A DNA stretch of 64,000 nucleotides from positions 105,338,001-105,402,000 of the forward strand of contig OZ024741.1 in assembly GCA_964016885.1 (NCBI GenBank). The letters are read 5' to 3'. Made by a program: the position numbers and the translations under genes. Position 1 is the stretch's first letter. Every line of letters begins with the position of its first letter. Below, one piece after another: positions 39,870 through 53,641 of this stretch. Below the pieces are notes generated by a model. The model worked only from the letters and a program-made list of their open reading frames with translations. It was not told where the DNA came from and made no database searches. Source of the DNA: Eledone cirrhosa. Taxonomy: Eukaryota.

Positions 39870-42625
39870 AATTTTCCCTTTCAGATCTCCTCAAGGAAAT
39901 AGCAACTGACAAGGTACAAAACGCAGGACTGCTACCTTCAATGTTGGCACCCTGAAAGGTAAATCGGGTGAAATTGTGGCACTGCTAGAGAGGAGAGAAG
40001 TGGACATTTGCTGTGTACAAGAGGTGAGATGGGGGGGGGGGGGGGTGCTTCAGCAAGACTACGGACAGGCAAACAGGATAGACACAAGCTTTACTGGATA
40101 GGAAATGATGGAGTATGTGTAGACATCTTACTAGCTGAGAAATTGATAGATAAAGTGATAGAAATAGTAAGTGACAGAATTTATCCTCATTTTACATCAG
40201 CTTTTCCCTGCTTGCAAGGGTAGGATGGGTCCTCTTCAGCACATCATCTCTCTATTTGTCACAGCCCTTCAGCGATCTGAGGTCAGTTCTCACCAGCTCC
40301 ACCCATGTTTTCTGTGGTCTTCCTTCCACTGGGATTACTTGCCAATTATCAAGCTTAGATTAGCAGTAGGAAACAGAATGGTGTCAATTACATCTACCTA
40401 TGCCCCACAGGCAGGACCGAGTAAAAAAAAAAAAGACAGGTTCTAAGAAGAACTTTTAAGACAACTTCAGGTATCAATAAAGGTGACCTCATCATCTTGG
40501 CAGGTGACTTCAATGGACATGTGGACAGTACCAGGACGGATTTAGTGGAGTTCACAATGGCTATGGTTATGGCTCAAGAAATGATGAGGGATTGAGACTC
40601 CTGTAATTCTATGATGCTAATGAACTAACCATTTGCAACACAAATTTCAGGAAACCAGCCAGCCACCTAATCTCATATTAATCAGCAAACACAAAAGCCA
40701 AATAGACTATTTACTTGTTAGACAAGACAAATGGACTATAATAAATACTAAGGCCTCCCCTAGGGAGGAATGCACAAGTTAGTTATTAGAGACATCAAAA
40801 TAAGCACAAGACAGCACAATTAATGCAGGAAAATATGGAGACGGAGGGTCTGGAAGCCAAAGGACCTCTTAATTAAATATAAGTTTAGAAAGGCCATATG
40901 AGATGCATTTAATGAGAGAAGTGACAAACTAGACACCTATGATATAGAAGACAACTAGAAATTCATATGACAACCTTTTGCAAACTACTGATGAGACTTA
41001 TGGCTCGAGTAGAGCACCAGCCAGTCAGATAGTGACCTGGTGGTGGAAAAGCTGTCAATAAAGCCATCAAAGCCAAGAGACATACTTGGAAAGACTGAGA
41101 AAATGAGGGTAGCAGAGAATGGTACCAGGTGTCTAAGAAAGAAACTAAACAACAAGTATACACAGCTTGGAGAGAGGCTGAAGAAAGTTGCCAACATCCT
41201 GAGACATGAAATATTCCACATTGCAAGGCAGTGTGAATAGTGTTGTTGGGGAAAAAGTGTGTTAGAAATGACACCGGTGTATTTAGCACCACTGATGCTG
41301 AAAATGTTACTATGAGAGACTGATGAATGGGAGGAAAAGAAACTACCCCCAATCTACCCAGCCATTGAAGTTGACAGTTATAGGGTTAAAGAAGCAATCA
41401 AAGAGATGAAAAATGGTACAGCTTCAGGACAATCAGAGATAGTTGTTGAGATGCTAAAAGCATTGAGAGAATAAGAGTCAAACTAGTAACCCACTAGTCA
41501 ATCATGTAATACAGAATAGTATCATACCTAATGACTGGCGCAGCAGTACAATCATAAATTGCTACAAGGACAAAGGTGATGCCCTAGAGAGGAGCAAGTT
41601 ATGAAAGTGATATAATGTAATTAATTATGGAGTCAAATTAGATGAGGCACAGTTTAGTTTCATTCCTGGTATAAGTACTACAGATGCTCTCTTTATAGTG
41701 AGGCAACTACAAGAGAAGTTCTTACCCCAAAATAAGCCACTATACCTAGCTTTCATTGGCCTAGAAAAAACATTTGACAGAGTATCCCAATCTATTATCT
41801 GGTGATCCTTAAGGAAATTAGGTGTAGAAAAATGGTTGGTGAGAACAGTGCAAGCCATGCGCAGAGGAGCTGTCAGCAAAGTGCAAGCAGGAAATGAATT
41901 TAGTGAAGAATTCAAGGTGCATGTAGAAGTTCATCAAGGTTCGGATCTTAGCCCACTACTATTCATTATAGTTCTCCAGGCAATAATAGACCCAGTACGA
42001 TATGTGATGAAGTAGTGAAGACTGACCTTAAGAAGCTGAACCTAACAGGCAACCATAAGGACAGGGAATATGCTGTGCTGGTGAAAACCCATCTATTAGC
42101 CTAAAACTTGATGTGACCTGACCCATCTATATATCACCCCTTAGTAGCTATTCTCAGCATCACTGTACATCCTCACTCTTATACCATCCAGGATCACCAC
42201 CTCCACCCCAGAATTCTACACCCACACAACTAGGGTCACTATCTACCCATCCTCCCACTCCACTCTAAATACCCCATTAATACCTGACACACCAGTTACA
42301 TAGTGACTGGAAATAGCTGTTATCACCATAATACCTCCAACATTGCTGGCAACTCCACACTCACTCAGTAAAGTTGTTGGTGATAGGAAAAGCATCAAGC
42401 CATAGAAAAGCTGCTAAACAAAGTGTCAAGAAGACTCTTCAGCTGTGCCAAAGACATGACAACTTCCCTACTGTTGGTGACATAAGATGCACTTGGCAGA
42501 GCGCAGGATCATATCGGGTTGCTTGCCGAGCTGGAGGTCAAAGGTTCCACCTGAGTACTGACTGATCTGTGACAAGGCCGGCCGTTGCTAGCAAGGAAAA
42601 TGGACTTTAAATAGTGATGAAGATG
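39870..42625 (+). mobile_element. RTE LINE (family 1), APE and RT, decayed and interrupted
   Basis: TFNVGTLKG, CVQE, YAPQAG, GDFNGH, QFSFIPG, HQGSDLSPLLF. Confidence 0.85.
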
Positions 42626-43948
42626 AGCACTCAGTCTTTGTTGAGACCAGGCATCATCTTGGTTTCTAGGGCAGCAAAACAGCTAATTTTACTGAAGTTA
42701 ACTATTGCCTGGGAAGAGACACAAAGCGAATAAAGTATTAGAAGTTGGTGGTGAACTGCTGCAGGAACAGGTGGTGGGCAAGATGCATGCCAGTGGAGGT
42801 TGTCAATCAATGGTTCACAGGTCATTCCTTTAAAAAAAACCCATGGACAGGGCTTGACAAAACCAGAAAAAGACTTCAGCCATGTGTGAAATGTTGACTC
42901 ACATTCAAACTGCACATTAAGTATTTTTTAGTAATCTGTGCTAAATATATGATCTCTATATAGGTTACCAGTATAAACATTTACATGTAGCATACTTACA
43001 TGTAACAGTAAAAAAAAAGTACTAGAACGATTTATAAAAATGGTAATTGTGAACAATTTTATTCAAAATCTATATATCAGATACTGCAATAAGAAGTGTT
43101 TAGTTAAGTATAATGTAATCCCCTAATTTTGTATAAGCACTGCCTTTTCTTTAGTATCCTATTAATTGCAATAATAACCCATATCACAATGAAAGAATAA
43201 TTGCTTAGTCAGATTTCTCTGATTTATGAGAATGTTTCTCAGCTCATAAAAAGTCAAATAAATCCATATTTTTCTCAATTCTGGTGTTACATGAAATATA
43301 AATTATTTTGAAAAAAATGTTTTTCTTAAAATATCACAGTGGTAATTTATCACACCAATATATAGTTGTCATTCTATAAAATAAAGTGTTTGGAGGTTGT
43401 TATCACACACTGTCTCTTCTTAGTGTGAACACATTCTTCATTGGCCTACGCCAAGGTTATGCTATATATACACACTACGGAATTGTTACCAACTTCTTTT
43501 CTGCACATTAAGCAAAACCATTTCACTGATGGAATCGGGGCCCTGTCATCTTTTCTACTAACATGAATTTTGGTCTTTGCAAAGTTTATTTTGAGGCTTT
43601 TTGATTCCAGGTTTTGCTTCCAATTTCCTCACTTGTTCTACTGAAGATTCAGCTATGGGAACTAAGTCATTAGCATTAATGGATCATAATCATCATCATT
43701 TTAAGTCCACTGTTCCATGCTTACATGGATTTGATGGATCTTATTCAGCACAGCATCTCTTCAATTGTTGTGTTCCTTCATCATCTCTGTGTATTTCAGT
43801 GATTTAATATCAGTTCTCACCAATTCTACCAAGGTCTTTTAGAGTGGTTTCTTTTCATTGGAATTTCTTGGCACTTCTTAAGATATTTTATTATACATTT
43901 ATGGTTAAATAAAATATTCTTATTTTATAGAATGACTTTTGGCATTCT

Positions 43949-45454
43949 TTAGTTTTTTGTATTAATACAGACATGTGAAGTTACATACTTTTTTTTAGTG
44001 AATGATCTACCACAGACATCACAGTGATATGGTTTCTCTCCTGTATGAATACGCTTGTGTGTATTGAGGTTACTACATCCAGAGAATGATTTCCCACAAA
44101 TATTACAGCGATAGGGCTTCACTCCTGCATGAATGTATTTGTGTTGAGTTAAGGCACTTCCTTCAGAGAATAATTTACCACAGATATCACAGTGATATGG
44201 CTTCTCACCAGTATGAATGCGTTTGTGTTTAGTTAAGGTACTATTCACAGAGAATGATTTACCACAAATATCACATTGATATGGTTTCTCTCCTGTATGA
44301 ATACGTTTGTGAGAAAGTAATCCACATGCTTGTGGGAATGATTTACCACAGATATTACAGTGATAAGGCTTTACTCCTGTATGAATACGTTTATGAGTAG
44401 TTAGTTCACTTCTTACACAGAATGCTTTACCACAAATATCACAGTGATATGGTTTCTCTCCCGTATGAATACGTTTGTGGTTTGTTAAGTAATCATTTCG
44501 AGAGAATGATTTTCCACAGACATCACAGTGATATGGTTTCTCTCCTGTATGAATACGTCTGTGAGTAGTTATTTCACTTTTTACGGAGAATGCGTAACCA
44601 CAGACATCACAGTTATAAGGTTTCTCTCCTGTATGAATACGTTTGTGGCTAGTTAAGGCACTTCCTTGACAGAATGACTTGCCACAGATATCACAACAAT
44701 ATGGCTTCTCTCCTGTGTGAATGCGTTTGTGAATAGTTAAGTCACCACTTCGAGAAAATGATTTACCACAAATATCACAATGATATGGCCTCTCTCCTGT
44801 ATGACTACGTTTATGAGTAGTTAATTCATTTTTTTGACAGAATGATTTACCACAGATATCACAGTGATATGGTTTCTCACCTGTATGTGTACGTTTATGA
44901 GTTGTTAATCCACATGTTTGTGAGAATAATTTACCACAGATATCACAGCGATATGGTTTCACTCCTGTATGAATGTCTTTGTGTTTACTTAAGCTACTAC
45001 TTTGAGAGAAAGATTTATTACAGATATTACACTGATATGGCTTCACTCCTGTATGAACCCGTTTATGTTGAGTTAAGGCACTTCCTTCAGAGAATGATTT
45101 ACCACAAATATCACAATGGTATGGTTTTTCGCCTGTATGAATGCGTTTGTGTTTAGTTAATGTACTATTTACAGAGAATGATTTACCACAAATATCACAG
45201 TGATAAGGCTTCTCTCCTGTATGAATACGTTTGTGTTTTGTTATGTCATCATTTCGAGAGAATGATTTACCACAGATATCACAGCAAAAGCGTCTCTCTC
45301 CTGCATGAATGATACGTCTGTGTGTAGTAAGGTTACTTTTTTGAGAGAATGATTTACCACAGATATCACAGTAGTTTGATAGTTTTCCTTTCTTTTTTTT
45401 TATTTTTGACTGTGTTTTACATTTAACTTGTTTCTCACATAATTCATTTTCCAT
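43949..45454 (-). CDS. C2H2 zinc-finger protein (ZNF-3), 17 fingers (last degenerate), basic N-terminus
   Basis: 501-aa ORF with canonical linkers; [11 protein letters not shown]-like stretch; acceptor at 45637. Confidence 0.95.
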   Translation of the reverse strand: MENELCEKQVKCKTQSKIKKKKGKLSNYCDICGKSFSQKSNLTTHRRIIHAGERRFCCDICGKSFSRNDDITKHKRIHTGEKPYHCDICGKSFSVNSTLTKHKRIHTGEKPYHCDICGKSFSEGSALTQHKRVHTGVKPYQCNICNKSFSQSSSLSKHKDIHTGVKPYRCDICGKLFSQTCGLTTHKRTHTGEKPYHCDICGKSFCQKNELTTHKRSHTGERPYHCDICGKSFSRSGDLTIHKRIHTGEKPYCCDICGKSFCQGSALTSHKRIHTGEKPYNCDVCGYAFSVKSEITTHRRIHTGEKPYHCDVCGKSFSRNDYLTNHKRIHTGEKPYHCDICGKAFCVRSELTTHKRIHTGVKPYHCNICGKSFPQACGLLSHKRIHTGEKPYQCDICGKSFSVNSTLTKHKRIHTGEKPYHCDICGKLFSEGSALTQHKYIHAGVKPYRCNICGKSFSGCSNLNTHKRIHTGEKPYHCDVCGRSFTKKKYVTSHVCINTKN

Positions 45455-47289
45455 GATTTATCTTCTCTCACCACAAGATATGGATATTTTTTCGATTTTA
45501 TACTTTTTGCTATTGAAATATTTTTACAAGTGTGATCTTTGAAGATGATGTAGACTACTTTGAAAATTTGTCCAGGTCTAATTAGAATTGAAAATCCTCT
45601 TGTACATATTCCATAATGACAATGTCATCTGATATTCTGAAATAATAAAGAAACAGTTGAGATTTAACGGTGGAAATTTTACTACATTTCTATATTGATA
45701 AACTGAACAAATGAACTTATCCAATGTATCCATCCATTTGGAAGACTAGGATGTAATTTCTAACAGATCTAATGATCATGTAGATCATCTCGTTGTGTTT
45801 AGCCCTAGGTTAGCTGTGACTGAGCAGACCTATGACTATAGTATAAAGATAGAACTAGTATATTATGCGAATAAGGTACTAGAATACAATGAAGTCTGAT
45901 GTGTGAGATGTAGTGATGAGCCTTTTAACTTTTTTTATACCATCCAGCTCTAAACTGTTCTATAAGACAAAATCACCCATTTTTAAAGGTTCCCACTTAA
46001 AACCTTTCAACATAAATTTATGTAAGAACCATTTGAAATTAAGCAAGCATGCTTTGATGGATGTGCAGTGTTAATATGTGTGAACGACGAAGCATGAATT
46101 AACTGAGAAAAAAACTGGGTATAACAGGAATCAGATGTAGTGTACAAGAGAGAAAACTGCTGATATGAACATGTGATGCATATGAATGATGATCACTAGG
46201 TGAAGAAGTGCCAAGAAATCCCAGTGGAAGGAAGCCGCAGTAGAGGAAGACCTGGGCAGAGGTAGTGAGAGCTTACGTCAAATCACTGAAGCTTGCAGAG
46301 TTGAAGGACTGCACTGATTAAAGGGATGCTGTTTTAAATAAGACCCATTCAAACACGGAAAAGTAGATGTATGATAATGACTTGATATGCTGTAAATACT
46401 ATCTTAATTATGAAACTAAAATTTTGATAAATACCTTCAAATTCTACATGAATTACTATCAGAATATTTAATTAGAAACAATGTCATAAAAGAGTAAATC
46501 TTATCATTTATGTTCACTAAGTTAAATTGATGAGACAAAGAGTAAATAAATTGCAACATATTTTATATTTATTGACCAGCTTGGTTATATTTAATTATTA
46601 ATCACTTAAAGTACCAGGTGATGCTCATGAAAGTCCTTGGCTATTCCAGCGTCTTAAACTCGCTATCACTGGCAGCAATGCCGTGTTTTATCTTCAACAT
46701 CCTTTTGTAGTATGTGTGTGGTCTGTCTTCTTTTTTTTTTTGTCAAGCTTATTTCCATTTATTTGTTTCAGTTGTAAGATATATTTATTACGTAAATTGT
46801 TTTTCTATCAGTAAATGCAAATAATAAAACCTAATTAGATCCATACACAATGAACATTTTGGTTCTAATAACCATCAACCACACAGCATATCTCATTGTT
46901 GTTAAACCCCAAGTCAGCTCTGATCCAAAATAATAACGATTGAAATGTCGCAACCTTCATATTTAGAGGCATATACCGGCCAAAGTATCTATATTTTCTC
47001 TTATCTGGGACAGAAAACAAAGAAGTATTGGATACGGATTTATTATATCGATATAAACGATGTAGATGAAATTACATAAAAGCAAATTCACATTTTTCCA
47101 AAACAAATATGAGGACAATTGGAATCACAAACACAAATGCCATAGCTGTCAAAATTCAACACATACAAAGCTATATTTCTATTATTTAATTACATAAATA
47201 TTTCACATGAAAATATAGAATAAAAAGAAATTAAGTCAACACTAAGTGTGTCGATTAGCCACACACCACAAGGGGTGCAGGAACCTCCA

Positions 47290-47500
47290 TGTAATACTTT
47301 TTGAGGCAAGGCCAACACACTGGCAGCATTAACCTCAAAATACCATCACGGGCATCACCTGGTACCTCGGTAAGGCGAGCCACCGACGATGACAAGAACT
47401 TCGTTGTCAGCGGCCCAGCTCCTCCAAATGGCTCGAATGCTAAAGGCTGGAAAAAATACTTTGTCGATAATTCCCGGTATTTGTTCTAGATATACTTCCC
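47290..47500 (-). mobile_element. CRE-like 3' fragment (a second small piece at 46610-46690, + strand)
   Basis: KYRELSTKYF..FQPLAFEPFGGAGPLTTKFL..GDARDG..NAASV. Confidence 0.65.
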
Positions 47501-47719
47501 AGAATACTTGTAGATATTTGACTGTGAGGAAAGTTCCCATAACAGAACTTCATATACGCCTTCAATCTGATACAAATTGTGTTAAGCCAAACATATTGAC
47601 TTCAGAGCAACAAATAAACTAATAACGAAATATCGTAGCTGTACATACTATAAGAAATTTATATTGTTACTGTACCCTAGAGATGTTCACGTAATATTAT
47701 TATTTACAGAGAGACTTAC

Positions 47720-48010
47720 CGTTTTTACATGTAGACAGTAAATCAATATGTTGTGAGAAAGTTTTTACCAAACCACCAAATAAAATCTATCTACCTATAA
47801 TATAATAAAGGGAGGAGTCCGTTTTATTTATTTTTTATCCCGTTAGTAAAATAAGTTGGATTACTTTGAATAAATAATGAATGAATATTATATAATTTAT
47901 CTACTAAATTTTGTAACACATGATTAAACATAAATAATTTAATGTATTGCGTACTTCAAGATTCACTTCTTTTAAAAGTTTCAAATTTCAACTTCCGGTA
48001 TATCGCCACC
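47720..48010 (-). promoter_or_regulatory. Putative promoter and exon 1 of ZNF-3 (intron 47719-45637)
   Basis: Donor catgtaaaaacg|gtaagt matching ZNF-1, intron motif gtgaacatctctagggtacagta, ETS-like ccggaagt at ~47995. Confidence 0.55.
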
Positions 48011-48451
48011 ACCACTGAGAGAGAGAAAGGCGTTCAACTGTTTCATTAACTTTATCATGTCATCGGGCGGTGAATTGGCAGTATCGGTAGAGGGTTGGAT
48101 GCCATGCTTTGATGCATAGAGTTACGGCCCTTGCCATTCTGAGTTAAGGTTAACATTGCCTTTCATCCTTACGGGGTCGATAAAATAAAGTACCAGTAAT
48201 GCACTGGGTAATTGCTGGCCTTGTGCCAAAAGTAGAAACAATTAACTTTATCATGTCATCAACATTTGTATAGATTCACACATATTTAGCCACAGATTCG
48301 TATCAACTCTACACTATTGATGACAAAGTTGATAAATCATTTGAACACTTCAATCTAATATTGAAATTGATTTTATTTGGTAGTTTGGTGAAATACACAC
48401 ACAACATATTTATTCAGTGTTTATATGTAATAATTTCTTTGTTAGCCTCAA

Positions 48452-49040
48452 GAATCGAGTAACGTTACTCCAAAGACCCTTCGAAATCCCCCCATTTCGG
48501 CCGCTTGTATTCGCGATCGTATTTTCTGTCATTACTCAAGATTCATGACCATAGGTAAGGGTTGGCACGAAAACCGAATTGAAGACAGCTAGTTTGGCTT
48601 TTACGCCTACCTCCCTGTTTTTTTTTTTTGGGGGGGGGGGGGGTTTCCAATTCTTGCACTTAATTCAGCCTCCCACCTTCCATGACTCGTGAATACGCCT
48701 CTGAGGTACTTGAACTTCTCTACTTGCCTAGTTCGGAGATCAGAGAGTCGTTACAGGTAGAGCCGCTACTTCTCCGAATTGAGAGATCACAGCTCCGATA
48801 ATATGGGTATGTGGTTAGAATGTCTCAAGAAAGAATCGCTGGACAGATTTTACGGGCGAAACCAACAGGTAGTAGACCCCGAGCAAGATGGTTGGATAAC
48901 ATCCATGAGCTTGGCTGGTCACGCTTGGGGATCCAGCTGGATCAGTTGAAGACAATTACGTCTGACAGGACCTGCTGAAGGGGGTGTTTGAAGACTGCCG
49001 CCACAACCCTCTCAGGAATAAGTGGATGAAGAAAAGAAGC
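48452..49040. mobile_element. RTE family-2 3' end with 5' inversion
   Basis: 48452-48727 is antisense and 48728-49040 sense relative to the copy at 21470-22100. Confidence 0.75.
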
Positions 49041-49379
49041 CTCAAGAATACAGTACTTAGATGTGAAAATATTTATAACATAGGAAAAAGCTAAAACTAT
49101 TTAGGTATTTGTTTATTTATTGTCCGTTTTACAGGAAACTTGTTTGTCTTAAAGGATATTTTTATTTTCTCATATTTCTCGGCAATGAAATTTTAGTATC
49201 AAATTGAATAGAATTGATTTCCCGTGTTGTTTATCTCCAGTTAAGTTCTGGTCAAGCAGACTTTAATATAAAATATCCCTTTTTTTTTTTTACCGACATT
49301 CTATATCTAAAACTATTCTTTATTTCACATCTGAAGAAAGCACACATGAGCAGATTCAGGGTGGAAACAAGCCCAGCGA

Positions 49380-49550
49380 GTCGGAAAAGATATTGGAAAT
49401 TGGGTACTGCATCATGATAACATGCCCGCTCAGACAGCACTTTCAATTAGAAAAACATTCCCACTCTTCTACAGCCCAGATCTAGCTCCATGTAATTTCT
49501 ACCTCTTCCTAAGTTGAAATCGAAGTTGAAAGGTCATCACTCAGGTCTTC
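49380..49550 (+). mobile_element. mariner catalytic-domain fragment
   Basis: WVLHHDNMPA and YSPDLAPCNFYLF motifs. Confidence 0.75.
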
Positions 49551-49603
49551 GGACAAATTTAAAAAATTGAGCACGACAACGCTATTAGCTGTCAGTGGAA
49601 GCA

Positions 49604-50573
49604 GGCGAAGATGACGTCACTCGTCAAACATCGTTTATTTCCGTTTTACTACCACGCGTAAGTGGAGTTTTCACGCGTTTTTTAGAGATAGAGAGGGGGG
49701 GAGGAGAGAGAGGGAAGACTTAAAAGGGCCAAATTAGAAAACAAGTCATGGTTATAAAGCATATCGATGTAAGTGGAGTTACTTAAATGAAAATATAGGT
49801 GGCCCTTAAAAGGGCCAAATTAGAAAACAAATTTAAGTTAATTAGAAAACAAGTCATGGTTATCAATGTAGAAAACAAGTCATTCATAAATTTAAGTTTT
49901 ATAATCAAATTTTTTTCACCAACAAATATGACAGCTAATAGCGTCGTTGTAGTACCCAAATTTAAGTTAATTAGAAAACAAGTCATGGTTAACAATGTAG
50001 AAAACAAGTCATAAATTTAAGTTTTATAATAAAATTTTTTTCATAGGTGGCCTTTAAAAGGGCCAAATTAGAAAACAAATTTAAAACAAGTCATGGTTAT
50101 CAAATAAATTTGATTTATTCATCTATATTTTCATTATTCACCAACCTTATTCAAAAGCATGTTTAGAAACATTTTTTCACCTACCTTATTCAAAAGCATG
50201 GATACAGATGACGGATATGTTCTAAGGGCCAAATTGAAAACAAGTCATAAATTTAAGTTTATAAAAAATATATGGTTATCAAATTTTTTTCACCATTTAT
50301 GAAGAAATGTTTAGAAACATTTTTTTCACCTACCTTATTCAAAAGCATGGATACAGATGTCGGATATGTTCTAATAGCTTTTGCAAAATTTCTCCTTTAA
50401 ATTCATACCGCCACATGAATTCAATGAGATGTGTTTGAAGCAAATTTCTGGCTGTCCCGTTTTCCCTTTTATTCCTATTCTTTACGAGTGTTTCCACAAG
50501 CATTCTATGTGATTCGTTGTGGCAATTGTTACTGGATCAACAAAATTGATCGAATGGTTCACCGTCAAATGTT
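49604..50573 (-). mobile_element. Merlin (ISXO2-like) transposon 3' half with internal tandem repeats
   Basis: Minus-strand [33 protein letters not shown] at 50340-50572; AT-rich repeat array 49720-50370; GG-starting putative TIR ggcgaagatgacgtcac. Confidence 0.75.
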
Positions 50574-51335
50574 GATAGTGTAGCACGTGCCCAGGTATCA
50601 GGGTGGATTACCCGTTTTGGGGTACCAACTACAGTCACCACAGACCGTGGTAGACAATTCGAGTCCCATCTCTTCTCTGAGCTCACAAAGATAATTGGAG
50701 CTCAACGGATTCGGACCACAGCCTATCATCCTGCTTCAAACGGAATGGTGGAACGATTCCACCGCCAATTAAAGGCCGCTCTTCGCGCCTATCCAGATTC
50801 TCAACGTTGGAGCGAGTACCTTCCTATTGTGTTGTTAGGAATTCGGTCATCAATAAAGGAGGACCTGGGGTTCTCCCCGGCCGAATTACTTTACGGTGCT
50901 CCTCTAGCGTTGCCTGGGCAAATGCTTGCCCCTGTTGATCTTGCTTTCCAAGATCCGCTTTCCTACGTATCCCATCTGCGTTCTTATTTTCAGGACCTGC
51001 CGCCGATGAATACGAGGAAACAAACTGTAAAACCTGCGGTCCCGAGGGATATTGCCTCGTGGACCCATGTGTTCGTAAGGAACGATGCTGTGAGACCACC
51101 CCTCACACAACCCTACCGTGTGTTATCACGTACTGACAAACATTTCACTGTAGACGTTAAGGGGTCCAGAGAGACAATTTCGGTGGATAGACTAAAAAGG
51201 GCACACAATGACGTTCATACACAAATACCCAATCTTTCTCTCTTGTGCATACACCTACTCCTTCTGCCCCACCTTCACCTACATACAAGACTACGACCCG
51301 TTCCGGTGGGAGAGTCCACTGGCCCAAAAAGTTCT
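50574..51335 (+). mobile_element. Gypsy LTR-retrotransposon integrase fragment
   Basis: [39 protein letters not shown]; VSVDRLK-like C-terminus; no LTRs seen. Confidence 0.9.
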
Positions 51336-51699
51336 GGCAAACTATTTTTATGTGAACTGGCCACTGGAGCCTTATTATTTTTATTTTGTTGTCCTTTTTA
51401 TTTATTTTTTTATTGTATTACTATGTACCTCTCATTACCATTTCACTGGATGTATATATATGTTTTTCGTTTCTTCTTACAACGAACATTTTAAAAGAAA
51501 AAAAAAAAAAAAAAAAGAAATTTGATTTTTTTTTACACATTTCAACATGAATACTTATTTTCGTTGAAACTCAACTATTGCTTATTCTTTCCACCAAGCT
51601 ATATTCTTCTATTTGCCGGTTTTAAAATTTACCACGTAAATTTGCCGTTGAAATTTCCTGCTGTCATGTGATTGCACACATGTGAACTGTCACTAACGA

Positions 51700-53375
51700 C
51701 TAACCTATGCTGCGGATACATTCTTCCCCAGAATATGCCTTAGTATTTGACACCATCTGTCTGTCTCGCTGTCTAACTAGCAGGAAGTCAATCTGGCTTA
51801 TGTGCTCGCCTGATTTGTAGGTTATTAGGTGGTTGGTAGGCTTCCTGAAGTTAGTGTTGCAAATGGTTAGTGCACTTGCATCACAAAATTCAAGAAGCCT
51901 CACTCCTTCTTCATTTCTTGAGCCGTAACCATGCCCACCATATACCCCAGTGTATCCATCCTGGAGCTGTCCAACATGACCATTGAAGTCTTCTGCTAGC
52001 ATAACGATGTCTCCATCCTCTGTCATTGAGGCTGTTTGTAAAAGTTGCTCATAAAAGCAGTCTTTCTCTTCTTTACCTAGGCCTGCCTGGGGAGCATAGG
52101 CAGAGATGATTGTCAGTAGTCTCTTGCCTACAACTAATCTAAGCTTAATTATTCTATTACTAACTCTAACTACTTTTATTGTCTTATCGATCCATCATCA
52201 CCGTTTACTGTTCATTTTTCCACGCTAGCATGGGTTAGACGAGTTGTCCTGTTGTTAGATAGGCCAGGTCAGTTACCATGTCTTGCTCATACAGAACTGA
52301 TTTAGACTTTGTTTCTACAGCTGATGCCCTTCCTAACCATATTTACAGTGAGTACTGGGTGATTTTTGTCGCGACATCTACACAACCACTTTACAGTGTG
52401 GGCTGGGTGCTTTTTGTTGTGACAACTACAGCACCACTTTACAGTGTGAGCTGTTTTGTCATGACACCATATATATATATATATATATGTACTATTAAAT
52501 TCTTGGAAGGCTCCATAGAAGCAGTTGACAACTTCTGCTACCAAGGTAACCAAATAAGGTATGGAGGTGGGCATGTTGAAAGTATGGTAGCGAGAGTGAG
52601 AACAGGATGGAAAAAGTTCAGGGAGCTGCTACTACCACTGCTAGCTACAAAAGGTTTTTTAGCTCAAAATGAAGGGCAGATTGTATGATGCATGTATATG
52701 AAGAGCAATGTTACACAGTAGTGAGACCTGCCACACTACCTTACAATGTGGAACACTTCGTATCTCTGATTCTCACATCTCAAGATGTTGGTAAACTTTC
52801 TTTCTTCAGCCTCTCTCTGAGTTGTGTATACCTGTCATTTAGCTTCTCTCTTAGCTATCTGGTATCAGTCTTTGCTACCCCCATTTTCCAGTCTTTCTAA
52901 GCTTGTCCCTTAGCTTTGATGGTTCTATCCACTGAGCTGTTCTACCACCAGGTCACCCTCTGTCTGGCTGGTGCGCTACTCCAGCCACAGGTCTCATCAG
53001 TAGTTTGCAAAAGGTTGTCATGCAGGAATTTCCAGTTGTCCTCTACATCATAGGTATCTAGCTTGTCACTTCTCTCATCAAATGCATCCTGTATGGCCTT
53101 TCTAAACCTATATTTAACCAAAAGGTCCTTTAGCTTCCAAACTCTCCATCTTCATATTATGCTTATCTTGTTCTGTCTTGTGCTTATTTTGATGTCACTA
53201 ATAACTAACTTGTTTTGAGCAGTGTATTTTTCCTCAGGGAAGTCCTTAGTATTTATTACAGTTCATTTATCTCATCTTATGAGTAAGTAATCAATTTGGC
53301 TTGTGTCTTTGCCTTATTGATATGATATCAGGTGGTTGGCTGGTTTCCTGAAGTTTGTGTTGCAAATGGTTATTT
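51700..53375 (-). mobile_element. Rearranged RTE fragments (APE on minus strand, short plus-strand piece 52490-52730) with SINE insertion
   Basis: EDFNGHVG..CNTNFRK..SQIDFLL; homology to 40350-41230. Confidence 0.8.
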
Positions 53376-53561
53376 GTACATTTGTTTATTTCAATAGAGC
53401 CATGAAGTTAGTTGAGGAAGAAGAAGCATGCATATATATATAGGATATTCAAATAAATTTAATTGTCAGCAATATCTTTTGCATTTGTATTTATATTCTA
53501 TATCCATAACTCCATTAATCGTTTATACATATATATATATATATATGTATACATATATATG

Positions 53562-53594
<33 letters not shown>

Positions 53595-53641
53595 ATGTAT
53601 ATATATATATACATGTATATATGTGTGTGTGTGTATATATA

